This document shows, piece by piece, positions 46,149 through 53,808 of a DNA stretch of 64,000 nucleotides. Position 1 is the stretch's first letter, and every line of letters begins with the position of its first letter. The position numbers and the translations under genes are program-made. The notes under the pieces were generated by a model that was not told where the DNA came from, did no database searches, and saw nothing but the letters and a program-made list of their open reading frames with translations. Source of the DNA: Christensenellales bacterium (GTDB taxonomy: Bacteria > Bacillota > Clostridia > Christensenellales > CAZKXV01); NCBI GenBank assembly GCA_050952545.1, contig JBMNLD010000003.1, positions 225,683 to 289,682 on the forward strand, in the 5' to 3' direction.

Positions 46149-46858
46149 TTGCGGTAACCCCTCAATTCGCGGGCAATTCCGTCTATTGTATTGAACAGCA
46201 CTTTGTCTACAAAGGGCGCGATTTCTATTTCTTTGCCGTCAATAATCAGCTTAACGCTGTTTTGCTCTAAAACGCAACGGCTTATATCCGCCTTGCCTTT
46301 GAGATACTCGCTCAGCAGCTGCCTGCAGCTCATTCCGCATTCGCCGCAACATTTTACGTCTATATCAGGCATTAATTCGGGCACCTTGGCTATGACCAGA
46401 TCCGCAAGCCTTGATATATCCTCAATTGCCGATATCAGCGGCAGTCCATCAATTTCGCCGCTTAGAGTGTTGGTTATCACGCCGCTTACGGCGAAAGTCA
46501 AATCGTTAATTATAAGCTCGTTGCGCTCTTTCGCTACGGCTATTCCCGGCGCGTTGATATAATTCACGCCCTCCAATATGACATAGTCTTCAGTGTAATG
46601 GCTTAATAGTCTGCGGATATCCATTTTGTAATTATACATTACATCTGTCTCGTAATATCCGAGCGCCGTGACCGTGTCCGCGCCCGCCTGTCTGTGGCGG
46701 TAGGTATTCTTGCCAGGCGTGTCCATCTTAAACTGCTTGTTATGAATTTCTTTAACGGTTCCCACGCTGAAGCCGCGCCGCTTCAATTCCGCGATAAGAC
46801 GCTCGATTGTCGTCGTTTTGCCCGAGCCCGTTCCGCCTGTTACCGTGAATACTTTCAT
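46115..46858 (-). CDS. MobB-like P-loop protein with Cys-rich C-terminal extension
   Basis: 'TGGTGSGKTT' Walker A and 'DTPGKNTYRHRQAGA' resemble MobB. The C-terminal half carries 'DVKCCGECGMSC'. Confidence 0.7.
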   Translation of the reverse strand: MKVFTVTGGTGSGKTTTIERLIAELKRRGFSVGTVKEIHNKQFKMDTPGKNTYRHRQAGADTVTALGYYETDVMYNYKMDIRRLLSHYTEDYVILEGVNYINAPGIAVAKERNELIINDLTFAVSGVITNTLSGEIDGLPLISAIEDISRLADLVIAKVPELMPDIDVKCCGECGMSCRQLLSEYLKGKADISRCVLEQNSVKLIIDGKEIEIAPFVDKVLFNTIDGIARELRGYRKCPKITLILSD

Positions 46859-46869
46859 AAATTTCTCCT

Positions 46870-47598
46870 TTAACTTGTATACATTACCATTAAAAACGCA
46901 ATTGAGAATATCAGAGTCGACATCATTATTATATAGTCAATAAATCTCAAATGCAATTGTCTTAGCATTGTCCGGTCCGGATACGCCCTGAAGCTTCTGG
47001 ATTCTATGGATTCGGACAGTTTTCTGCTCTTTATTATGCTTCCCGACAGCGCTGGCGAGAGAATATATGAGTATAGTTTAAGTTTATTCGTGAATTTCAA
47101 TTTCTTAATGTTTATGCCTCTCATTGAAATCGCGTTTAATCTGTTTCTTAACTCTTCGATAAATTGCGGGATAAATCTAAGCGCTACGGTGGTCATAAAA
47201 GCGATTTCATAAGGCACTCTTAATTTAATAAGCGCGTCCGTCATTTCTCTTCCCTTATTAGTCGAGGTAATCAAAGCGGCGAATATAATTACCAGCATTC
47301 TTAACGCAAATTCCGCGCCCGATATCAGTCCGCCCGTCGTAATCAGATAGAATGAGCCGATTTTTACCAGCGCGTAACCGCCCTTGACTACAAGGCTTTG
47401 CATAATTGATATAAATATTATCAAGGACATCAGTCCCTTGATTTTTATAAACGCCCTGACTATATTTACTTTCAGCAAGATATTTATGAGCATACTTGCC
47501 GCGGCAACAACGAGAAGATAAACATAACTTACGGACAATACCGACAGCGTGGACAGGAGGACTATTATTGTAAGCTTTGTTCTCGGGTCAAGTCTCAA
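46870..47598 (-). CDS. ECF transporter T component (EcfT/CbiQ family)
   Basis: 242 aa, 5-6 TM. Cytoplasmic helix region 'ALRFIPQFIEELRNRLNAISMRG'. Overlaps the upstream ATPase gene. Confidence 0.8.
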   Translation of the reverse strand: MRLDPRTKLTIIVLLSTLSVLSVSYVYLLVVAAASMLINILLKVNIVRAFIKIKGLMSLIIFISIMQSLVVKGGYALVKIGSFYLITTGGLISGAEFALRMLVIIFAALITSTNKGREMTDALIKLRVPYEIAFMTTVALRFIPQFIEELRNRLNAISMRGINIKKLKFTNKLKLYSYILSPALSGSIIKSRKLSESIESRSFRAYPDRTMLRQLHLRFIDYIIMMSTLIFSIAFLMVMYTS

Positions 47599-48241
47599 TT
47601 CTTCCGCCCTCCATATTAAGTCTTACTGCACAATTCAAATCCCCGATATTTTCTAAATCGTGGGTAATAATAAGCGCGCCGCCTCCCGCTGAAACAAATT
47701 CGTTCAATAACGCAGATAAAAACGCCCTGCCCTCTTTGTCAATAGCGGAATACGGCTCATCAAGCACCAGAAAGCGTATATCCCTGATAAAAAGCGTAGC
47801 AAGCGCTAACTTCTGCTTCTCGCCGCCGCTCAAAGTCAGCGGAAATCTGTTCTCTAACGGCTTTAAGTTGAATTTCTCTATAACTTCATCAATTTTTTTA
47901 TCGATTATATTATCGAGCGTACCCGTAATTTCGTACGGAAACGTTAATTCCTCTCTTACCGTTCCCGCAAAGAGCTGATGGTCGGGATTCTGAAACAGAT
48001 ATCCAATGAAAGACGAGATATCCGAAAGGGATTTTTTCTTGATGTCTTCGCCGCCCATTATTATTTGCCCCGAATCGGGTCTTATTATCCCGGCAATCAG
48101 CTTGGTAAGCGTGGTCTTGCCCGAGCCGTTTGCTCCCGTAAGCACATAATTAGCGCCGGAGTTAAAAGTATAATTTAATTCCCTTATTACCGGAGTTTTC
48201 TTGTTATATGAAAAGCTCACATTATCAAGCGCTATATTCAT
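47588..48241 (-). CDS. ECF transporter ATPase (EcfA-type, short)
   Basis: Walker A 'GANGSGKTT', signature 'LSGGEKQ', Walker B 'LVLDEP'. Confidence 0.85.
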   Translation of the reverse strand: MNIALDNVSFSYNKKTPVIRELNYTFNSGANYVLTGANGSGKTTLTKLIAGIIRPDSGQIIMGGEDIKKKSLSDISSFIGYLFQNPDHQLFAGTVREELTFPYEITGTLDNIIDKKIDEVIEKFNLKPLENRFPLTLSGGEKQKLALATLFIRDIRFLVLDEPYSAIDKEGRAFLSALLNEFVSAGGGALIITHDLENIGDLNCAVRLNMEGGRIET

Positions 48242-48885
48242 ACTGCTACTCCGTCAAGATTTATAAGTTTTGTCGCGATTTTAAGCTCTTCTGCGGCGTG
48301 CGTGACCATAATTACGGTATTCCCCTCCGCCGCATATTCTTTAAGAAAATTTATGACTCTCCCCTTTGCCCCCTTATCAAGACCGGAAGTGATCTCGTCC
48401 GCGATAAGAATTGCCGGCTTAGTGACAAGCGCTGCCGCAATGCCTATAAGCTGCTTTTCGCCGCCCGACAAGGATTGCGTGCCGCGCTCAAGCAGATGCA
48501 TTATATTCAGCTTATCCGCGACATGATTTATTCTTTCAATAATATTATCCCTTGAAAATCTCAGATTTTCAGGCGCGAACGCAAGCTCGTCCATTACATC
48601 CGCGGAGAAAATCCTGTTGTCCGAATCCTGAAATATTATTCCGATTTTTTCACATCTGTCTCTGACGGAAAGCATCGTGATATCCTCTCCGTCGATATAT
48701 ACGGCGCCGCTACAGACGGCACCGTCGGGAAATATTCCCGCGAGCGCAAGACACAGCGAGCTCTTGCCGCTGCCGTTTCTGCCGGTTACCGCGATTATTT
48801 CCCCGCTGTCCGCTTCAAATGAAAGCCCGGAAAACACTGTCGTTTCGCCGTAAGATATAGCAAGATTATCCGCGCTTATTCTCAT
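48238..48885 (-). CDS. ECF transporter ATPase (EcfA-type, short)
   Basis: Walker A 'GRNGSGKSS', signature 'LSGGEKQ', Walker B 'LIADEI'. Confidence 0.85.
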   Translation of the reverse strand: MRISADNLAISYGETTVFSGLSFEADSGEIIAVTGRNGSGKSSLCLALAGIFPDGAVCSGAVYIDGEDITMLSVRDRCEKIGIIFQDSDNRIFSADVMDELAFAPENLRFSRDNIIERINHVADKLNIMHLLERGTQSLSGGEKQLIGIAAALVTKPAILIADEITSGLDKGAKGRVINFLKEYAAEGNTVIMVTHAAEELKIATKLINLDGVAV

Positions 48886-49442
48886 GACAAAGCTATTTCG
48901 ACAAGCATCTTGACTCTGTTCTGACTGACGGAATCCAGCGCCTTGATTACGACAAAAGGTCCTCCGTCTTCTTCGGGCTTATTGTAAGCGAGGGCGTCTA
49001 TTCCTTTATTGAAAGGCTTGCCTTGAACAAGATACGCGATAAATACATTGTCCTCCGCCGTAATATCGCTTATCTGATACATCTTAACCATACCGTCTGA
49101 CGCGGTAAACTGCGCCGTTTCGTACAAAGACAAGTCAATGCCCATATTTGCCAGCAGGTCTTTAAGGTATATGCCCGTATAAGTCCTTTGTATCGGTGTC
49201 CTGCCGCTGGGCTTGTATACCGCATTAAATTCCACGGCGGGGCAATACTCCAATAATTCGTTGAGATTATATTCGCCGATTACGCTTTCGCCCGCCTTGA
49301 TTCTGATTATCTCGTTCTCGTAGATATCGCGGTTTTGTTCATTGTTATTAATAAATAGGATCAGCAATACGATAAAAGCTATCGTAAGCAGCGCAAAAAC
49401 GGATATAGCAATAATAGTTTTCTTATTTATCGGCGTTTTCAT
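48882..49442 (-). CDS. Signal-anchored exported protein with one molybdopterin-oxidoreductase-like (Oxidored_molyb-like) domain
   Basis: N-terminal TM 'IIAISVFALLTIAFIVLLILF'. Domain pattern 'YTGIYLKDLL...FTASDG...FIAYLVQGKPF...GGPFVVI...VKMLVEIAL'. Confidence 0.55.
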   Translation of the reverse strand: MKTPINKKTIIAISVFALLTIAFIVLLILFINNNEQNRDIYENEIIRIKAGESVIGEYNLNELLEYCPAVEFNAVYKPSGRTPIQRTYTGIYLKDLLANMGIDLSLYETAQFTASDGMVKMYQISDITAEDNVFIAYLVQGKPFNKGIDALAYNKPEEDGGPFVVIKALDSVSQNRVKMLVEIALS

Positions 49443-50869
49443 TTGGCAATAACATAGTAGGGCACATACATATCGCCCGTTTCGAATACGCCGTGTCTGC
49501 CCGTAAGAGTATCGCCTTGGACTGTTACGGAGCCGTGATCGGGGACAATGATTATCTTGCCGTCGAAATTCTCCATAAGCGTCTTGGTATATTGCTCTAT
49601 CTCAAGTATTTTATCAAGCGCCTGATCGGATAGAGGCGAGTAATCGTGATTAGCGTCGTCAATACCGTGAAAATGCACGAAAATAAAATCGGGATTATTA
49701 TTCAATTCGTCCATAGCGCTTTGAAAAACATTTCCATCCGTATAGCCGTCAGAGTCCGGGGCATTATATTCAGGAATAATATTCGTGAGGATTAAATTGC
49801 TGTTTCCCTCTATATAACTGACGCTTTTGCCTTTTTCAACCGCATAGTCGAATATATCCTGACTGGCGGGTCTATTGACACCGCGTTTGGTAATCTCGGT
49901 ATAGCGCGGCGATTTGCCCGTGACAATTGCGGCAAGGGCGACATTGGATATCGCGGGATTTACGCTCGCAGCCTTAATGTAGCCGCTCTTAAAGAGAGTT
50001 AATTGGTCGTTAAAATGCTCCGCCTGCCCGTATGAAAAGCCGTCTGGCAGGATAACCATCACTCTTTCGCCTGAATCCACCGCCTGCTTTATATCGTAAT
50101 ACGCGTCCAATATCAGCGTATCCGTGCCGGTTACGATTCCCGTAAGGGATTCGTATATTTTACCGTCTTCCTTATAAGCCAATCTGCCCCCGCTCCATAT
50201 CAGGTTGCCGCCGCCCTCTACGATAATATCGTAATTGTGAAAGTATAAGATGTTCTCGTCTTCGCCGGTGAACTCTTTGACTGAAACGGCTTTAGGCATA
50301 TGCTTATATACGGGTACTCCTTTTAATGTGCTTTGGGCGACCTCCTCGAATAATACGCTCTTGACATTGCCATAAGACATCACGCTGTGCCCGTCTTCTT
50401 TGACTATCTTCAGCCCCTGATTGATTTCGCTCTCGGATATTACGCTGATATCCAAGATATCCTTAATTCCCGCGGCAGGCGGATGCGAGGGCGCTTTCAG
50501 GTCGGCTTTGCCGTCGTTTATTATGATATAACAAAGCGACGCGTCGGTAAAGTTAATCCTTGCGCTGACTCCGTCCGACGCCGTTATCATCAGGTAATTC
50601 TCGTCGGACAATAAAATCGCGGGATCGATTACTTCATCAAGACGGTAACCTTCGGTGTTAACTTCCGTTCCCTCCTTATCGGTATAAGTAAACGCGCGTT
50701 TTTGTAATTTAAGCAAATCGATTTCACGGTAATACGACTCGATATCGCCCGACAAAATTATTAAAAATTCTTCATTTTTTTCGGGCGGCGTCTTGTCGCA
50801 CGCTATTAGTGACAGCGTTAAGATTATCAACAATACCGCAATAAATGATTTTTTATTCATCTTTATCAT
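49439..50869 (-). CDS. Lipoprotein: N-terminal Oxidored_molyb-like domain(s) plus alkaline-phosphatase-superfamily (nucleotide pyrophosphatase/phosphodiesterase-type) domain
   Basis: Lipobox 'LIAC'. 'ILPDGFSY', 'NPAISNVALAAIVTGKSP', 'HFHGIDDANHDYSP' and 'VPDHG...GRHG' resemble the NPP/AlkP metal and nucleophile motifs. An alternative start is the ATG at 50860. Confidence 0.6.
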   Translation of the reverse strand: MIKMNKKSFIAVLLIILTLSLIACDKTPPEKNEEFLIILSGDIESYYREIDLLKLQKRAFTYTDKEGTEVNTEGYRLDEVIDPAILLSDENYLMITASDGVSARINFTDASLCYIIINDGKADLKAPSHPPAAGIKDILDISVISESEINQGLKIVKEDGHSVMSYGNVKSVLFEEVAQSTLKGVPVYKHMPKAVSVKEFTGEDENILYFHNYDIIVEGGGNLIWSGGRLAYKEDGKIYESLTGIVTGTDTLILDAYYDIKQAVDSGERVMVILPDGFSYGQAEHFNDQLTLFKSGYIKAASVNPAISNVALAAIVTGKSPRYTEITKRGVNRPASQDIFDYAVEKGKSVSYIEGNSNLILTNIIPEYNAPDSDGYTDGNVFQSAMDELNNNPDFIFVHFHGIDDANHDYSPLSDQALDKILEIEQYTKTLMENFDGKIIIVPDHGSVTVQGDTLTGRHGVFETGDMYVPYYVIAK

Positions 50870-51431
50870 CGCCTTTTATATTTTTTCTGAAAAGTCCGGT
50901 ATTTATCACCTTAGTATAAGTCAGGTAACCGATAAAGCCGCCGATTACTCCGGAAAACGCTGCGGATGTCAGCGTGAAGAGAAGCGGCAGCCAGGACATT
51001 CTGAAAAACAATAAATTGCTGCCGTAAGTGCCGAGCATATTGGCGAGCATCACGGAGAATATGAAATGCAGCACATTTACGCCTTTAACGCGGATAAAAA
51101 ATACCACCTCCACGACAATTGCGGGAGTGAGATATGTAAGGAAAGTCCATACTCCGTGAGTGCCGGGCGTATTAGTGATTAAGAGCACTACGGACTGCAC
51201 CAGAGATACTAAAAACGCCGCTCCGCGCTTGTCGATAATCGCAATACCGAGAGCCATCCACAGCATATAGAATCCGCCCGCCAGGGCTCCTCCGGGAATG
51301 CCGAGGGAGCCCGTCAGCAGCCGCACCAGAACGCCCGCGATTACCTTAACGGCAATTGTTATAGCGGACAGCATCGCAATAAGAATCAAGTCGTATGCGG
51401 TAAATTTCTGCAAAAACTTTCTCGATGCCAT
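50853..51431 (-). CDS. ECF S-component-like integral membrane protein
   Basis: 192 aa, about 6 TM. N-terminus 'FTAYDLILIAMLSAITIAVKV' is typical of ECF substrate-capture subunits. Confidence 0.55.
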   Translation of the reverse strand: MASRKFLQKFTAYDLILIAMLSAITIAVKVIAGVLVRLLTGSLGIPGGALAGGFYMLWMALGIAIIDKRGAAFLVSLVQSVVLLITNTPGTHGVWTFLTYLTPAIVVEVVFFIRVKGVNVLHFIFSVMLANMLGTYGSNLLFFRMSWLPLLFTLTSAAFSGVIGGFIGYLTYTKVINTGLFRKNIKGDDKDE

Positions 51432-51450
51432 CCGCGTAAATCCTTCAAAT

Positions 51451-52371
51451 TCACCTGTTTACGGTAATCGTAGCAACCTGTCTGATAGATTTGGACTCCG
51501 AGTCCGGCGTTAAATCGTAAGCCCTTATCGGCCCGTCTTCATCGTCAAGAGCCTCGTACTCCTCTCCGTCGGCAGAAATCTCTATCGCTAAATACGATTG
51601 TTCAAGATTTGCTTTCAAATACGGCGATGTCTTGGTTATATCCTCGCCGTAGCCGTCTCTGCCTACAATCTTAAGGCTTACAACGCTCTCCGTGTCAAAA
51701 TCCGAAAGGCTTTCGAGTAAATCCGCGATCACATAGCCCTTATAGTATTCTGTCTCATTATTTTTTTTGATAACGGAGAACTCCTCAAGCTCTAAGCTCT
51801 CGAGCTCGCTGAGACCTATCTTGTATGTGTCGTCGCCGTCGTTAATTACGAAAAGCTCTCTGTTGACATCGGCATAGTCAATTTGGCTTATCGACTTAAC
51901 TCCCGATCCTGCCGTCGCGTCATAAAGCCTTGCGGGTCCGTCATCAGTCAGCGCCGTGTACTCTCCGTCCTCGGTCGCAGAGGATAATATCACTATATAA
52001 GCGTTCGCGAAATTCTCTCTCGGCAGTGCGGGCTTATCGGAGCCGAAGCCGTCAGTACCCACAAAACGCAGGCTGTCGATATTGTCCTTATCAGTTAGAT
52101 TCGCTATCTTTCCGAGCATATCCGAGACCTTAAAGCCTTTATAGTAAACGGTTTCGCCGCTCTTCTTCTGGGTCGAATACGGATGTAAAGCGATACCATT
52201 CATAAGCTCGTCCGTAACTTCTATCTCGCTTTCGCCGTCATTAAGGGTGAAGGAAAAATCGGGAAGTGTATCGGTAGTCTTATCAGCGGGCTTCTCGCAC
52301 GCGGTAAGCGCCATGACTGATAACGCGAAGATTATCAGTATCAGCGTTTTTAAGTTAAACAGTTTTTTCAT
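51451..52371 (-). CDS. Lipoprotein with two tandem Oxidored_molyb-like domains
   Basis: Lipobox 'LTAC'. Internal repeat 'YYKGFKVSDML...VGTDGFG...DGPARLYD' and 'YYKGYVIADLL...VGRDGYG...DGPIRAYD'. Confidence 0.55.
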   Translation of the reverse strand: MKKLFNLKTLILIIFALSVMALTACEKPADKTTDTLPDFSFTLNDGESEIEVTDELMNGIALHPYSTQKKSGETVYYKGFKVSDMLGKIANLTDKDNIDSLRFVGTDGFGSDKPALPRENFANAYIVILSSATEDGEYTALTDDGPARLYDATAGSGVKSISQIDYADVNRELFVINDGDDTYKIGLSELESLELEEFSVIKKNNETEYYKGYVIADLLESLSDFDTESVVSLKIVGRDGYGEDITKTSPYLKANLEQSYLAIEISADGEEYEALDDEDGPIRAYDLTPDSESKSIRQVATITVNR

Positions 52372-52385
52372 TTTTCTCTCCTTTG

Positions 52386-53609
52386 TTATTTTATTTCTAT
52401 AGATTTTAAGTTAAGGGTATTGTCGCCGTATTTAAGCACATAATTTGCGCCGCTCTTTTCAAGAGTCGAGTTTTTTAGAACCGCGCCCGTTATTTGATAT
52501 TCGGTGCCGTTTGTGTCAAATACGGCGTAAGTTTCGTCATCGGGCAGATTTACCTGTGTAAGAATGTCGCCAAAGCTTATTTTATCGTCCGAATTTTCGT
52601 CAAATTTCTCATAGGCTACCTGAAGAGACATAAGCGCGGTCTTGCCTACGGAGACAGAAAGCGTGTTCTTTACGCTCATTCCGTCTAATATATTCTCGCC
52701 CGTAAACAGCGGAGCCCTCTCGTAGTCTAGCATCTCGCCTTCGCCTTCTTGGTACCTGAAAGCTAAGAAAGCATTGCTGTAATGATCATAGATTTTCAAA
52801 TTCTTGTATTCGCGGTAAAATCCCGTCGTGCCGTTAGTCACATAATCCCACGCGCTGATAAACATTTTATCCGAGGTCTCACCCTGCAATATTTCCGCGT
52901 CTAATAATTTCTCAAGACTTATACCGTAATATGTAACCGCTACGGTATTGCCGCCGATGTTCTTTTCCTTAACGACGCTGTCGTAGTATTGCTCGCCTAT
53001 AAACTCCATAAATATCAGTTTTTCGGTATCGGGAGGCGTTAATTCGTCAAAGCCTAAAGTAACTTTCTTTAATTTCTTTACCCATGCGCCGTTGTTCTGA
53101 TTGGGAATAACCGCCCTTAACGAGCCGCTTTTTTGAGTTTGGTCTAATACATGGCCGTCATACTCATATGCGATAATAACTTTGTTTCCGCCGTCATCTT
53201 CATTGAAAACATCGTTGGTAACAAGCGTCCAATAACCGTCTTCCGCCTCCAGGGTTATTGAATAAAAGGAGGCGGACAGAATGCCGTCGGCGTATTCGTC
53301 CAATATATCGTCGAGATAAACGCCCTTTAAGGTATGCGGTATTAAATTTCCGTCGTCGTCCGTTTTGTCCGAAGCGTAACAGGGATTGTCGTCGGTGTAT
53401 TCAACGGCTTTGGTCTCGCCGAGCGCCTTTATCTGCGCCTTTGTTACGGTAATTACATCCGTTGTTATTCCGTATATCTCCAATGTGTACTCTTCATCGG
53501 ATTGCGTCTCGCCGGGCGTCGGGGTCTCTGGCGCTTCATCGGGAGTGCAGGCGCAAAGCAGCGTTAAAGCAACTAATGCAAGAATTAATATGTACGAAAG
53601 TTTCTTCAT
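52386..53609 (-). CDS. Lipoprotein with Oxidored_molyb-like domain(s) plus extra C-terminal domain
   Basis: Start moved to the ATG at 53609 (GGAGGA RBS; 'MKKLSYILILALVALTLLCAC' lipobox). 'LKGVYLDDIL...EAEDGYW...IIAYEYDGHVL...GSLRAVIPNQNNGAWVKKLKKVTL' follows the sulfite-oxidase/YedY-type domain pattern. Confidence 0.55.
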   Translation of the reverse strand: MKKLSYILILALVALTLLCACTPDEAPETPTPGETQSDEEYTLEIYGITTDVITVTKAQIKALGETKAVEYTDDNPCYASDKTDDDGNLIPHTLKGVYLDDILDEYADGILSASFYSITLEAEDGYWTLVTNDVFNEDDGGNKVIIAYEYDGHVLDQTQKSGSLRAVIPNQNNGAWVKKLKKVTLGFDELTPPDTEKLIFMEFIGEQYYDSVVKEKNIGGNTVAVTYYGISLEKLLDAEILQGETSDKMFISAWDYVTNGTTGFYREYKNLKIYDHYSNAFLAFRYQEGEGEMLDYERAPLFTGENILDGMSVKNTLSVSVGKTALMSLQVAYEKFDENSDDKISFGDILTQVNLPDDETYAVFDTNGTEYQITGAVLKNSTLEKSGANYVLKYGDNTLNLKSIEIK

Positions 53610-53620
53610 AAGTTTCCTCC

Positions 53621-53656
53621 AAAAAAAATGCTCTTTTTCAATGCGAAAAAGAGCAT
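53621..53656 (-). terminator. Leader intrinsic terminator (attenuator) immediately upstream of the ECF operon RBS
   Basis: Minus strand ATGCTCTTTTTC-GCATT-GAAAAAGAGCAT followed by 7 T. The competing hairpin GCGAAAAGG...CTTTTTCGC shares its 5' arm. Confidence 0.75.
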
Positions 53657-53749
53657 ATCCTTTTCGCAATGGAAGGTATATAGATTTCTCTTTATGCCCT
53701 GTCGTTCCTGCCTCCGTAGCGTTGCCTTAGGACGGCGGAATTCGGATAT
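53657..53749 (-). promoter_or_regulatory. Candidate riboswitch/leader sensor region, class not identified
   Basis: About 90 nt lie between the predicted TSS and the terminator. The region contains CCGCCGU...ACGGAGG pairing and GGAACGACAGGGCAUAAAG. Its position fits a cis-regulatory RNA. Confidence 0.35.
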
Positions 53750-53755
53750 AAAAAT

Positions 53756-53785
53756 ATTATATCATTAAATTACGGCTGCGGTCAA
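53756..53785 (-). promoter_or_regulatory. Sigma-70-like promoter of the ECF operon
   Basis: Minus strand TTGACC (53785-53780), 18 nt spacer, TATAAT (53761-53756). Confidence 0.6.
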
Positions 53786-53808
53786 TAATTAATCCCGACT
53801 GAAAAAAA

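Noticed and set aside
49439-50869. The alkaline-phosphatase-superfamily domain as PglZ of a BREX-type defence system.
   Set aside because: The protein has a lipoprotein signal peptide, so it is exported. It sits in a transporter operon, and no methyltransferase, BrxC/PglY ATPase, Lon-like or other BREX genes are nearby.
53657-53749. Calling the ECF-operon leader a Moco/Wco riboswitch.
   Set aside because: The context fits, but I could not reproduce the remembered conserved core on the minus (transcribed) strand. A partial look-alike (CCUGCCUCCGUAGCG) is on the wrong strand. It is reported only as an unclassified candidate.
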